IMG/VR virus record: IMGVR_UViG_3300044694_000062
Span: 1-64,000 of that record
Direction: 5' to 3' (one strand)
DNA length: 64,000 nt
DNA from: an uncultured virus (IMG/VR IMGVR_UViG_3300044694_000062)
Taxonomy: Duplodnaviria > Heunggongvirae > Uroviricota > Caudoviricetes
Positions 48,016 through 56,839 of the stretch are shown one piece after another. The translations under genes and the position numbers were made by a program. The notes beneath the pieces were generated by a model, which saw only the letters and a program-made list of their open reading frames with translations, ran no database searches and was not told the DNA's origin. Position 1 is the first letter of the stretch. The number at the start of each line of letters is the position of its first letter.

Positions 48016-48630
48016 ATGGCACACAAGACAACACTGATCGGAGGAGCCGGCTACGCCGAGTATCGCGTCCTCCATCGCGACAACTGCATTCTGATCTTCG
48101 GCGACGTTCCGCTCAGCGCGATGACCGTGCTGACGAAGCTGTCTCCGCGCCACGCTGTCGTCGATCCGACTGTGGCCCACATGGCAGGCGCAAACTTTGC
48201 ATTCGGCCTGCGCGCCGATCTCGATCTTCTGAAGTCGCTCCTCGCTCCATCAGCAGTGACGCGCACCAAGCAGCGCTTCCCGAACCTGCAGCCAGAACTC
48301 GTGGAATGGCTTGCCACTGGGGAGCGCGGCATGAGCAGCGAGGCGATGTTCCAGCACCTGACTGGCGCACGAATCTGCAACGAAAGGGACGCGAAGGCGC
48401 ACCCCTACGACCCCAGCGACGTAGCGCGCTGCCGCCTGCTGCTGGCGCAGTGCCCTATGCTGCTCGAACGCTTCCACTTGATGCGCGACTTGTCGCCAGA
48501 GTGGTCACGGCTGGTCGATGCGTGGCCGGCAATCGGCGCCGCCATGGACCGCGAATCTCCGCTCTGGCGCGAAGGCAAGGGCAGCGCGCCGAAGGCTTAC
48601 GAACTCATCCAGGCCGCGATCGGCCGCTAA
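48016..48630 (+). CDS. Hypothetical phage protein
   Basis: WLATGERGMSSEAM...HPYDPSDVARC. Confidence 0.7.
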   Translation: MAHKTTLIGGAGYAEYRVLHRDNCILIFGDVPLSAMTVLTKLSPRHAVVDPTVAHMAGANFAFGLRADLDLLKSLLAPSAVTRTKQRFPNLQPELVEWLATGERGMSSEAMFQHLTGARICNERDAKAHPYDPSDVARCRLLLAQCPMLLERFHLMRDLSPEWSRLVDAWPAIGAAMDRESPLWREGKGSAPKAYELIQAAIGR

Positions 48631-48634
48631 CACC

Positions 48635-49132
48635 ATGGGCCTGTCCGCTCACCAATCCGCCCGCATGAAGAACGACGAGTGGCTGACGCCGCCCGAGATT
48701 CTTCGAGCGCTTGGCAGCTTCGATCTCGATCCATGCGCGCCGATCGCCCGTCCATGGGAGACCGCAGCGAAGCACTACACGATCGAGGACAACGGCCTGG
48801 CGCAGGCTTGGGTCGGTCGCGTGTGGTGCAACCCGCCGTTCGGTCGCGAAGCCGTGCACTGGCTGCGCCGCATGGTGGGCCACGGAAACGGCATCGCGCT
48901 GATTCCGGCTCGCACCGAGACGTCGATGTTCTACGAATGCGTATGGGGCGCGGCCGACGCGGTGCTGTTCATCGAAGGTCGGCCGCATTTCCACTACGTC
49001 GACGGCGCAAGGGCGCCTTTCAATTCCGGGGCGCCGATTTGCTTGGTCGCCTACGGCATCTCCAACGTCGCAGCGCTGGAGCGCAGCAAGCTCGGGCACG
49101 TGGTGCCGGTGTTGCGTCGTGCGGCGGCATAA
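48635..49132 (+). CDS. Phage Dam-like N6-adenine methyltransferase
   Basis: DEWLTP, FDLDPC, VWCNPPF and LIPARTET. Confidence 0.9.
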   Translation: MGLSAHQSARMKNDEWLTPPEILRALGSFDLDPCAPIARPWETAAKHYTIEDNGLAQAWVGRVWCNPPFGREAVHWLRRMVGHGNGIALIPARTETSMFYECVWGAADAVLFIEGRPHFHYVDGARAPFNSGAPICLVAYGISNVAALERSKLGHVVPVLRRAAA

Positions 49133-49145
49133 CTACTGGAAGACC

Positions 49146-50438
49146 ATGCGCATCCAACAAATCCGAATCTCCAACATCCTCGGCATCGAGGATCTTGAGC
49201 TCACACCCAAGGGCTACACGCAGATCAGCGGCACCAACGGCACCGGCAAGACCTCGGTGCTGGAGGCGATCAAGGCCGCGCTCGGCGTCGGCGAAGACGC
49301 CACGCTGCTGCGCAAGGGCGCAGAGCGCGGCGAGGTGGTGCTGGTACTCGATGACGGCACCACGATCCGCAAGGCCGTCAGCCAGTCCGGCGCGCGCACC
49401 ACGGTGAAGGGAGCGGACGGCAAGGCTCTGGCGAAGCCGGCCGAGGTGATCCAGGGCCTGGCCGACGTGCTGTCGGTGAACCCGGTCGATTTCCTTCTCG
49501 CCAAGCCGAAGGAGCGCGTGCGCGTGCTGCTCGACGCGATGCCGCTGACTGCGGACCCCGAGCGCCTGACGAAAATCACCGGGATCGACGCTTCGGCGCT
49601 CGCCGAGCGCCACGCGCTGGAAGTGATCGAGACCGTGCGCAAGCAGGTCTACGACGATCGCACCGGCACGAACCGCGCGGTGAAGGAGAAGGAAGCCACG
49701 ATCAGCCAGCTGCGCCAGGCCATGCCCGAAGCGCCTGGCGGTGTGGAAGGCGACGAGGCGTCGCTGGAGGCTGAGATTGCGGCTGCGGCCGCGGTACGCG
49801 ACACGACGCTGAAGAAGATCGACGCCAAGCTCAGCGGCCTGCGCGACGAGGCGCAGAAGAAGATCGACGAGATCCGCGCCGAGGCGCAGCGGCAGATCGA
49901 CGAGGTGAAGGCTGGGCTCGACACGCAGTCTCAGCGGGCCGCTGCGGCGCGCGAGAACGCGCTGAAGACCTACACCGACACCACGGGGCCGAAGGCGGCC
50001 GCACTCACCACACTGCGCGCGAACCGGGATGCGGTAGCAAAGCGCGCCGGGGCGCTGGAGACCATCGCCAAGCTGGAGAAGGAGGCCGAGGCGCTGCAGG
50101 CTGACGCCGACCGCCAGACGGCGGCGCTGGAGGCGCTGGAGGCCTACAAGGGCGAGCTCCTGCAATCTCTGCCGATTCCGGGCCTGGAGGTGCGAGATGG
50201 CGAGGTGTTCCGCGACGGCGTGCCGCTCGACCGGCTCAACACGGCGCAGCAGGTTCAGATCGCCGTCGAGGTGGCGAAGCTGCGCGCCGGCGACCTGGCG
50301 ATCGCCTGCGTAGACCGTCTCGAATCGCTCGACAAGGACAGCCGCGATGAACTGCGCAAGGGCGCGGCCGCCGCCGGGCTGCAGCTGTTCGTGACGCGCG
50401 TCACGGATGAACCGTTCAAGATCGCCACGGCCGGCTGA
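49146..50438 (+). CDS. SMC/SbcC-like AAA ATPase
   Basis: GTNGTGKTS followed by a long coiled coil. Confidence 0.85.
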   Translation: MRIQQIRISNILGIEDLELTPKGYTQISGTNGTGKTSVLEAIKAALGVGEDATLLRKGAERGEVVLVLDDGTTIRKAVSQSGARTTVKGADGKALAKPAEVIQGLADVLSVNPVDFLLAKPKERVRVLLDAMPLTADPERLTKITGIDASALAERHALEVIETVRKQVYDDRTGTNRAVKEKEATISQLRQAMPEAPGGVEGDEASLEAEIAAAAAVRDTTLKKIDAKLSGLRDEAQKKIDEIRAEAQRQIDEVKAGLDTQSQRAAAARENALKTYTDTTGPKAAALTTLRANRDAVAKRAGALETIAKLEKEAEALQADADRQTAALEALEAYKGELLQSLPIPGLEVRDGEVFRDGVPLDRLNTAQQVQIAVEVAKLRAGDLAIACVDRLESLDKDSRDELRKGAAAAGLQLFVTRVTDEPFKIATAG

Positions 50439-50473
50439 TCAAATATAATCATCAATCACCCACCAGGAGCATC

Positions 50474-51034
50474 ATGAAGCCCTACATCCAGTTCGCTCTG
50501 CCGAGCGGGCACGTGTTCGAGTTGCCAACCGAGATCATCGTCAACGATCGCGCCGCCTACTACTTCAACCACTGCCCGGACGAGTTCAAAACGCTCGACG
50601 AGGCCAAGGTCGACACGATCGAACTGTTCGATGACGGCTACCAGGTGCGCGACTGGTTGCTCAACAACATGGACGTCGATGACGTGATGAAGAAGCACGG
50701 CCGCCTGGTGGCTTTCAAGCCTCCGGTGCTGGAGTGGAGCATCGGCGAGTACAGCCTGGTCGACGAGCGCACCGAAGTCGCGCAGCCGTCTTCCAAGGAC
50801 GTCATGCAGGCGCCGCTCGAACTGATCGCATCGTTCATGGCGTCGTCGCACGAGCTCTGCGCCGCGCAAACGATCGTCGATGCAACCACCGGCCAGCCCG
50901 CTGGCGCGCTGGTGTACGTCGCCGGCAACCAGGCCATCGTGAACAGCTACCTGACGGGCCTGCAGATCATCACCGAACAGGTGCTCGCGAAAATGGAGGA
51001 AGCCAACAAGGCGTCCACCAGCACCCAGCACTGA
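50474..51034 (+). CDS. Hypothetical protein
   Basis: AGGAG RBS. Confidence 0.7.
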   Translation: MKPYIQFALPSGHVFELPTEIIVNDRAAYYFNHCPDEFKTLDEAKVDTIELFDDGYQVRDWLLNNMDVDDVMKKHGRLVAFKPPVLEWSIGEYSLVDERTEVAQPSSKDVMQAPLELIASFMASSHELCAAQTIVDATTGQPAGALVYVAGNQAIVNSYLTGLQIITEQVLAKMEEANKASTSTQH

Positions 51035-51063
51035 TCAAGCCACCACAAGAGAGAACCAAGCAC

Positions 51064-52149
51064 ATGAACGACATCATGGACCCCAACCACCCGGCCAACG
51101 CACAGGTCGATGTTTTGCCGCCGGCGGCGCCCGTCGTTGCAGCGAATCCCTTCGAGCGCATGCAGCAGGCCGGCTCAGGCGTGAATGCGGCCGTCGTCGA
51201 GATCGAGTCGCAGCGCGCGATCGCCGAGGCCCAGGGCAAGCAGCTGCTGGCCCGCAAGTTCCCGCGCAGCATGACGCAGGCGATGGCCGACTTCATGGAG
51301 GCCTGCAAGATCCCCGAGTTCGCCGCGGTGGCGTTCTACGCCGTGCCGAACCGCGGCAGCGGCCCGTCGATCCGCTTCGCCGAGGAGGCGGCGCGCTGCT
51401 ACGGCAACTTCGAGTTCGGCCACCGCGAACTGTCGCGCGACAAGGGGCGCAGCGTGATCGAGGTATACGCATGGGACACGGAGAAGGGCAACCACTCCGT
51501 CCGCCAGCTGACCGTCGAGCACGTGGTCGACACCAAGAACGGCCCGAAGGTGCTGCGCGACCAGGCCGACATCGACAACCGCATCGCCAACGTCGCCAGC
51601 AAGCAGATGCGCGGCCGCATCCTTGCGCTGCTGCCCAAGGGCCTCGTGATGGCAGGCCAGGAGGCTTGCAAGCGCACGCTGGCGGGCGGAAACGACAAGC
51701 CGATCAGCCAGCGCATCAACGACATGGTGCAGGCGTTTGGCCGCTTCGGCGTTCAGGTCGCGCACCTGGAGGCGAAACTGAGCCACAAGCTCGACACGAC
51801 CACGGTGGACGAGCTCGCCGACCTGGTGGGCATCTTCAACGCGCTGAAGGAAGGCGCGAAGCCGTCGGAATACTTCGAGATCCCCGACCCCAACGCGATC
51901 GCGACCGCCAATACGGCAGCCGCTCTCACGCAGCAGGCGAAGGCCAATGCTGCTACAGCACCGGCGCCCGCTCCTGCGCCGAAGGCGAGTGCACCGAAAC
52001 CTGCGCCCGCGCCTCGCGCGAGCAAGCAGGCGGAATCCGATAGCAGCGCCGCAAAAGACGCGCAGCAGCAGGTCGAAGATAGTGCGCCTCCCGCGCCGCC
52101 CGCTGCACCATCGGCAGAGGCGGCAGGTCAGAGCGAGGATGTGTTCTGA
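51064..52149 (+). CDS. Putative ssDNA-annealing/recombination protein
   Basis: AIAEAQ...ARKFPR...GPSIRFAEE with an acidic C-terminus (EDVF); same operon as the RecE-like gene. Function is inferred. Confidence 0.55.
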   Translation: MNDIMDPNHPANAQVDVLPPAAPVVAANPFERMQQAGSGVNAAVVEIESQRAIAEAQGKQLLARKFPRSMTQAMADFMEACKIPEFAAVAFYAVPNRGSGPSIRFAEEAARCYGNFEFGHRELSRDKGRSVIEVYAWDTEKGNHSVRQLTVEHVVDTKNGPKVLRDQADIDNRIANVASKQMRGRILALLPKGLVMAGQEACKRTLAGGNDKPISQRINDMVQAFGRFGVQVAHLEAKLSHKLDTTTVDELADLVGIFNALKEGAKPSEYFEIPDPNAIATANTAAALTQQAKANAATAPAPAPAPKASAPKPAPAPRASKQAESDSSAAKDAQQQVEDSAPPAPPAAPSAEAAGQSEDVF

Positions 52150-52198
52150 TGTTGTTATGTTTTGACTTCCAGCAGGCCTCGCGCCGGGCTGGTGTTGG

Positions 52199-52402
52199 CT
52201 GAATCGCACCTACCTGACACCTGACCAGGTGTCAGCGCGATGGAACGGTCGCGTTAGCGTCCGCACCCTCGCAAACTGGCGGTATCTCGGCACAGGACCG
52301 AAGTTCACCAGGTGCGGAGGCCGCGTGCTGTACCCACTCGACGAGCTCGTCGACTGGGAAGACCGCCGAACCGTGGAGAGCACGAGCGAGTATCGGAAGT
52401 GA
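52199..52402 (+). CDS. Excisionase/AlpA-like HTH protein (not in ORF track)
   Basis: (M)NRTYLTPDQVSARWNGRVSVRTLANWRYLGTGPKFTRCGGRVLYPLDELVDWE; followed by a GC hairpin at 52408-52432. Confidence 0.8.
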   Translation: MNRTYLTPDQVSARWNGRVSVRTLANWRYLGTGPKFTRCGGRVLYPLDELVDWEDRRTVESTSEYRK

Positions 52403-52451
52403 CAGAGCGCGGCGGGGCCACAACCCCGCCGCTTCTGATTCGGAGAGAACC

Positions 52452-53090
52452 TTGAGCACCTTGAAGGCCTACGAAGTGCGCGAACCCGATGAAGGGCACT
52501 GCGTCATCCGCTTCGCCACGAACAGCGCGACCGCGCGCCGCGAAGGCGCCGCCGAGCTCGATACCGACTGGGAAGGCGTCGAATCATGCAGGCGCATGCC
52601 GCAGTTCGACGCCTACGCGCCGGGCCCGGTGCCTCCGCTTGTGCTGATCAAGCATGGGTGGTGGTTCGAGTGCAGCTACATCGAATGCGGCAGCCGCATC
52701 GGCTCCGATTCCGAGGAGCACGACGAAGATACGGACGAAGCGCTCTCTGAGCCGGTGGCGATCGGTCAGCGGGTGTTCTGCTGCGCCGAGCATGCCGCCA
52801 GGCAACTGGCGTGGTGGCGTGGCCGCGCGGCGGCCGAGGCGGCGCTGTGCGAGCTGATCTACACGAAGTACCCCGCGGCGCATGTCATCCGTGCGCACGT
52901 CTATGGCGATCGGCTGGAGCCGTCTGAGTACCACAACGGCCTGCTGGTCGGCGGCGTGAAGTGCAGCGCCGAGTTCAAGCTGCCAGGCCTGCAGTACCCG
53001 GTCAGCTACCACTTCGGCGAGGAGAAGCACGTCTACGTCAGCAACGTCGATGTCGAGGCCTTCACCGCGCTGTACGGCCCCAAGTCGTGA
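52452..53090 (+). CDS. Hypothetical phage protein
   Basis: GGAG RBS, TTG start, GWWFEC motif. Confidence 0.7.
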   Translation: MSTLKAYEVREPDEGHCVIRFATNSATARREGAAELDTDWEGVESCRRMPQFDAYAPGPVPPLVLIKHGWWFECSYIECGSRIGSDSEEHDEDTDEALSEPVAIGQRVFCCAEHAARQLAWWRGRAAAEAALCELIYTKYPAAHVIRAHVYGDRLEPSEYHNGLLVGGVKCSAEFKLPGLQYPVSYHFGEEKHVYVSNVDVEAFTALYGPKS

Positions 53091-53106
53091 CCCAACGAAA
53101 GAGTGT

Positions 53107-54222
53107 ATGCAATGGAGTCCCAAGCAAGACGCGGCGCTGAAGGCGATCGCGCGGTGGTTCAAAGACCCACATAGCCCGCAGGTGTTCCGCCTCTTTGGCT
53201 ACGCAGGCACAGGCAAGACCACGCTCGCCAAAGAGGCGAACGAGATGACGGGCGGCAGCATGCTGGTGGCCGCCTATACCGGTAAAGCGTCTCTTGTGCT
53301 CCGCAGGAAGGGCCTATCAACCGCGCGCACGATCCACAGCCTGATCTACAAACCAGTCGAAGACGAAGAGACCGGCGAGACGCATTTCGAGCTCAACCCC
53401 GATAGCGAGGTGGCGTCCGCCAGCCTGGTGTGCATCGACGAGGTGTCGATGGTCGGCGAGGAAATCGGTCGCGACCTGCTGAGCTACGGCACCAAGGTGC
53501 TAGTGCTCGGCGACCCGTTCCAGCTGCAGCCGGTGAAGGGCGAGGGTTTCTTCACAAACATCGAGCCCGACATCCTGCTGACCGAGATCCACCGGCAAGC
53601 CGAGTCGAATCCGATCATTCGAATGAGCATGGACATTCGCGAGGGCCGCCCATTGAAGCCTGGGCAGTACGGCGACAGTCGTGTTGTGCGCCGCGCGGAG
53701 ATCGACAAGGACGAGCTGCGCGAGATCGTGCTGCAGGCCGACCAGGTTCTCGCCGGCAGGAATGCCACGCGCCGCACATTCAACAGCCGCATCCGAGCCC
53801 TGAAGGGATTCACCAACGAGATGCCGCAGCCAGGCGACCGGCTGGTCTGCCTGCGCAACAACAAGGTCAAGGGCCTACTCAATGGCGGTCTATGGGACGT
53901 GGAGACGTCGAGCTTCAACCCGGCCAAGCGCCGCATGGTGATGATGGTTCGCTCGCTCGACGATCCAAGCATCACCAGCCCGGTGGAAGTCGATGTGCCG
54001 CGCGAGTTCTTTCTCGGCACCGAGAAGGACTTGGATTGGCGCGACCTGAAGCGATGCGACCACTTCGATTTCGGCAACGTGCTGACGGTGCACAAGAGCC
54101 AAGGCTCACAATGGGACAATGTGACTTTGTTCGACGAGTCCGACGTGTTCCGCGATCAGCGCGCTCAGCACCTCTACACCGGCATTACGCGGGCTGCCGA
54201 ACAGGTGACGGTGGTGGTGTGA
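53107..54222 (+). CDS. Dda/RecD-like SF1B helicase
   Basis: GYAGTGKTT, IDEVSM, GDPFQL, TVHKSQGSQW and YTGITRA. Confidence 0.92.
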   Translation: MQWSPKQDAALKAIARWFKDPHSPQVFRLFGYAGTGKTTLAKEANEMTGGSMLVAAYTGKASLVLRRKGLSTARTIHSLIYKPVEDEETGETHFELNPDSEVASASLVCIDEVSMVGEEIGRDLLSYGTKVLVLGDPFQLQPVKGEGFFTNIEPDILLTEIHRQAESNPIIRMSMDIREGRPLKPGQYGDSRVVRRAEIDKDELREIVLQADQVLAGRNATRRTFNSRIRALKGFTNEMPQPGDRLVCLRNNKVKGLLNGGLWDVETSSFNPAKRRMVMMVRSLDDPSITSPVEVDVPREFFLGTEKDLDWRDLKRCDHFDFGNVLTVHKSQGSQWDNVTLFDESDVFRDQRAQHLYTGITRAAEQVTVVV

Positions 54223-54980
54223 TGCGGTTCTACGTCTACGAGCACATCAGGCGCGACACCGGTGCAGTCTTCTACGTCGGAAAGGGATCACGCCGCCGCG
54301 CCTATGTGACCCAGCATCGCAGCCCACAATGGCATCATATTTCCGCTGAGCACGGCTATTCCGTGCGCATCGTCATTGGTTCTATCGACGAAGAGCTGGC
54401 CTATCTCGTCGAGCGCGAGTTGATCGATCTGCGTCGGCGAACAGGCGTCGAGCTTGTGAACGTCACAGACGGCGGCGAGGCCTTCTCGATGGGCATGTGG
54501 TCGAGCCCGGAAGTGCGCGCGCGCCACAGCGCATCGCAGCAAGCACGATGGAGCGACTGTGGCGAGCGCGCAGCCCAAAGCGCGCGCATTCGGTCTGCCT
54601 ACTCAGACGGAGGCCTGCGCCAGAAGATCGGTGCGGCCGTGCGCGCCTCCTTGGCGGATCCAGATATACGAAAGTCGAGGAACGCTGCGATCGCGGCTGC
54701 GCGCGGGACCGACGCTTCGCGCGCGCTCACCTCAGAGTTCATGCGTCGGCGCATGGAAGACCCTGCACAACGTGAGCGCATGCGAGCGATTGGGCGCCGG
54801 CACGCCGCCAGGGTGCTTTGCATCGAGACCGGACAGGTCTTCGAGGCGGTGGCTGACGCGGCTGCATGGCTGCGCAGCATCGGTCATTCGAAGGCAGTGG
54901 ACGCCGCCGTTGTCCATGTCTGTGCCGGCCGCCGCAAGAGCGCATACGGCCACACCTGGCGCTACGCAGAGGCCGCCTGA
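54222..54980 (+). CDS. GIY-YIG homing endonuclease-like protein
   Basis: FYVYEHIRRDTGAVFYVGKG...LVNVTDGGE, with C-terminal CIETG...RKSAYGHTWRY. Confidence 0.8.
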   Translation: MRFYVYEHIRRDTGAVFYVGKGSRRRAYVTQHRSPQWHHISAEHGYSVRIVIGSIDEELAYLVERELIDLRRRTGVELVNVTDGGEAFSMGMWSSPEVRARHSASQQARWSDCGERAAQSARIRSAYSDGGLRQKIGAAVRASLADPDIRKSRNAAIAAARGTDASRALTSEFMRRRMEDPAQRERMRAIGRRHAARVLCIETGQVFEAVADAAAWLRSIGHSKAVDAAVVHVCAGRRKSAYGHTWRYAEAA

Positions 54981-55252
54981 TGCCCATCAGCGAGTTCACC
55001 GGCGAGGAGTTGGACGCCAGCAGCGAGGCTTATCGACACGAGTGCGAAGTCCGCTGGCTGCTAGATGGCTGCGACCTGCAGCAGCGCCGCGAGATCGTCA
55101 ATGGCGTGATGGGCGGCCTCAAGGGCGACGTCGTGCTGAAGAAGGGCATCCGGCAGTACCGCGGCAACGCTGCGGCTGATCGGATCATCGAAGACCTGCG
55201 GCGCTTGCATGCACTGCGACTGGAGCGCGCGAAGACCGCGCAAACGACATGA
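54980..55252 (+). CDS. Hypothetical protein (SEAYRHECEVRW)
   Basis: TGATG coupling. Confidence 0.65.
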   Translation: MPISEFTGEELDASSEAYRHECEVRWLLDGCDLQQRREIVNGVMGGLKGDVVLKKGIRQYRGNAAADRIIEDLRRLHALRLERAKTAQTT

Positions 55253-55497
55253 GCGACCAAGCCTACATTGCCGCGCCCGCCGACGCCCTCGGCTGGCGCT
55301 ACGAGGTGCCCAAGCGCACCGACGCAAAGGTGCTGCTGCTGACCGTCGGCCGCACGGCCACGATCGGCAACTGGCAAGGCCCCTACGGGCACTCTTTCAT
55401 CGCTTGGGCGCCCCTGCCCAAGCGCGACAAAGCCGAGGAAGCTCGGCTCGGACTGCTGCCGGCCGCACCGGTGCACGACAACCAGGAGAACCTGTGA
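55249..55497 (+). CDS. Hypothetical protein
   Basis: ATGA overlap; IAWAPLPKR. Confidence 0.65.
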   Translation: MSDQAYIAAPADALGWRYEVPKRTDAKVLLLTVGRTATIGNWQGPYGHSFIAWAPLPKRDKAEEARLGLLPAAPVHDNQENL

Positions 55498-55979
55498 CTT
55501 ACTCTGACCAAGCCCTGAAGATCGCATACCACGGCACGCCAGTGCGCGAGTTCCACGAGGTGTTCGATCACCCCGTGAAGTACGAGGTGCAGAAGGATCC
55601 CGATCCGAAGCTGCGCGAGCTGCGCGTGCGCATGCTCGCCGAGGAGCTGGCCGAGCTCGCGCGTGCCAGCGGCGTCGACGTGCAGGTGGACAGCCGCGAA
55701 CCGGAAGGCCAGGACGTTCTGGTGCGCAGCAACGGCGGCGCCTTCGACGTGGTGGAGGCGGCCGATGCGCTGGCCGACATCCGCTACCTCACAGACGGCG
55801 CCAACCTGGTGTTCGGCTTCCCGGGCGATGCCGTGTTACGCATCGTCCACGACTCGAACATGAGCAAGCTGGGCGAGGACGGCAAGCCGGTGCGCCGCGA
55901 CGACGGCAAGATCCTGAAGGGCCCGAACTATTGGAAGCCGCAGGAGAAGATCGCGAAGCTGCTGGGGGTGAAAACGTGA
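55494..55979 (+). CDS. MazG-like / PRA-PH nucleotide pyrophosphohydrolase
   Basis: VREFH, EELAEL, ADALADIRY, VHDSNMSK and DGKILKGPNY. Confidence 0.88.
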   Translation: MTYSDQALKIAYHGTPVREFHEVFDHPVKYEVQKDPDPKLRELRVRMLAEELAELARASGVDVQVDSREPEGQDVLVRSNGGAFDVVEAADALADIRYLTDGANLVFGFPGDAVLRIVHDSNMSKLGEDGKPVRRDDGKILKGPNYWKPQEKIAKLLGVKT

Positions 55980-56170
55980 ATACCACCACCGACCGTACCG
56001 CAGAATGCGCCATCGTGCGCCGCCAGGCCGAAGCGCTGGTGCACCTGGCCCAGCAGCTGGGCGTCACGCTGCGCATCGACGTGCAGCCCCTGCAGCCGCC
56101 CGCCATGGGCCACCACGAGCCGGTGATCGAGGTGTGGCCGGCGCGGGAGCAGCCGGAGGCGCAGCCATGA
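55976..56170 (+). CDS. Small hypothetical protein
   Basis: GTGA overlap. Confidence 0.6.
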   Translation: MNTTTDRTAECAIVRRQAEALVHLAQQLGVTLRIDVQPLQPPAMGHHEPVIEVWPAREQPEAQP

Positions 56171-56430
56171 GAACGACACGCATCGGTACCTTCACTGTGA
56201 ACCGCCGCTTCTTCGAGCGCTTGGACGTGGACGAGGGAACCAACCTGTTCCACCGCATGGTGGTGCTCCGCGCTGAGACCGAATGGAACACCGGCAACAC
56301 GCGCTACTTCGCGATTCACCCGCAGTTCGACCGGACAAGTCTGGGCGATCTCACGCCCGAGTACGAGGCGGTGTTCGATGCCGGCGAGGTGTACCCGCGG
56401 TGGGTGAGGAAGCAGAACGGCGCGGCATGA
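56167..56430 (+). CDS. Hypothetical protein
   Basis: GGAGG RBS; ATGA overlap. Confidence 0.6.
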   Translation: MRTTRIGTFTVNRRFFERLDVDEGTNLFHRMVVLRAETEWNTGNTRYFAIHPQFDRTSLGDLTPEYEAVFDAGEVYPRWVRKQNGAA

Positions 56431-56510
56431 CGGCGTGGCTCGCTCGGATCTGGTGCGCGCTCCTACGGCACCTGGCGGCCGCCGACTACGCAGCCGCGGC
56501 CGCCACGATG

Positions 56511-56597
56511 TGGTGCCGGGAAGGGGACTTGAACCCCTACGCCCTTGCGGACACGGCGTTTTGAGCGCCGCGCGTCTGCCGATTCCGCCATCCCGGC
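56511..56597 (-). tRNA. tRNA-Leu(CAA)
   Basis: GCCGGGATGGCGGAATCGGCAGACGCGCGGCGCTCAAAACGCCGTGTCCGCAAGGGCGTAGGGGTTCAAGTCCCCTTCCCGGCACCA; long variable arm. Confidence 0.93.
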
Positions 56598-56839
56598 CTT
56601 GTGCCCGACTAGCGCCCGGGCCCAACATCATCTCCTCTACAGCCCTCAGAAATCCTACTCAAATTTGTCTTGACGAACAGATTTTGAGTTTGGCAGACTC
56701 GCATTCACGGAACGTCACGCGGCGTCCCTGAGTGCCACGATTTCAACGGCTTGGCAGTCTAGCCAGCGGCGCTCCCCATCCACCAACATCACGGCGGTTC
56801 CTGGGCTTTTGCGCCCGACCCGCGCCCTGGAGATCCCGC

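Noticed and set aside
56511..56597. tRNA-Leu as a prophage/host boundary
   Set aside because: Genes on both sides are phage-type and share the same operator and late-promoter motifs.
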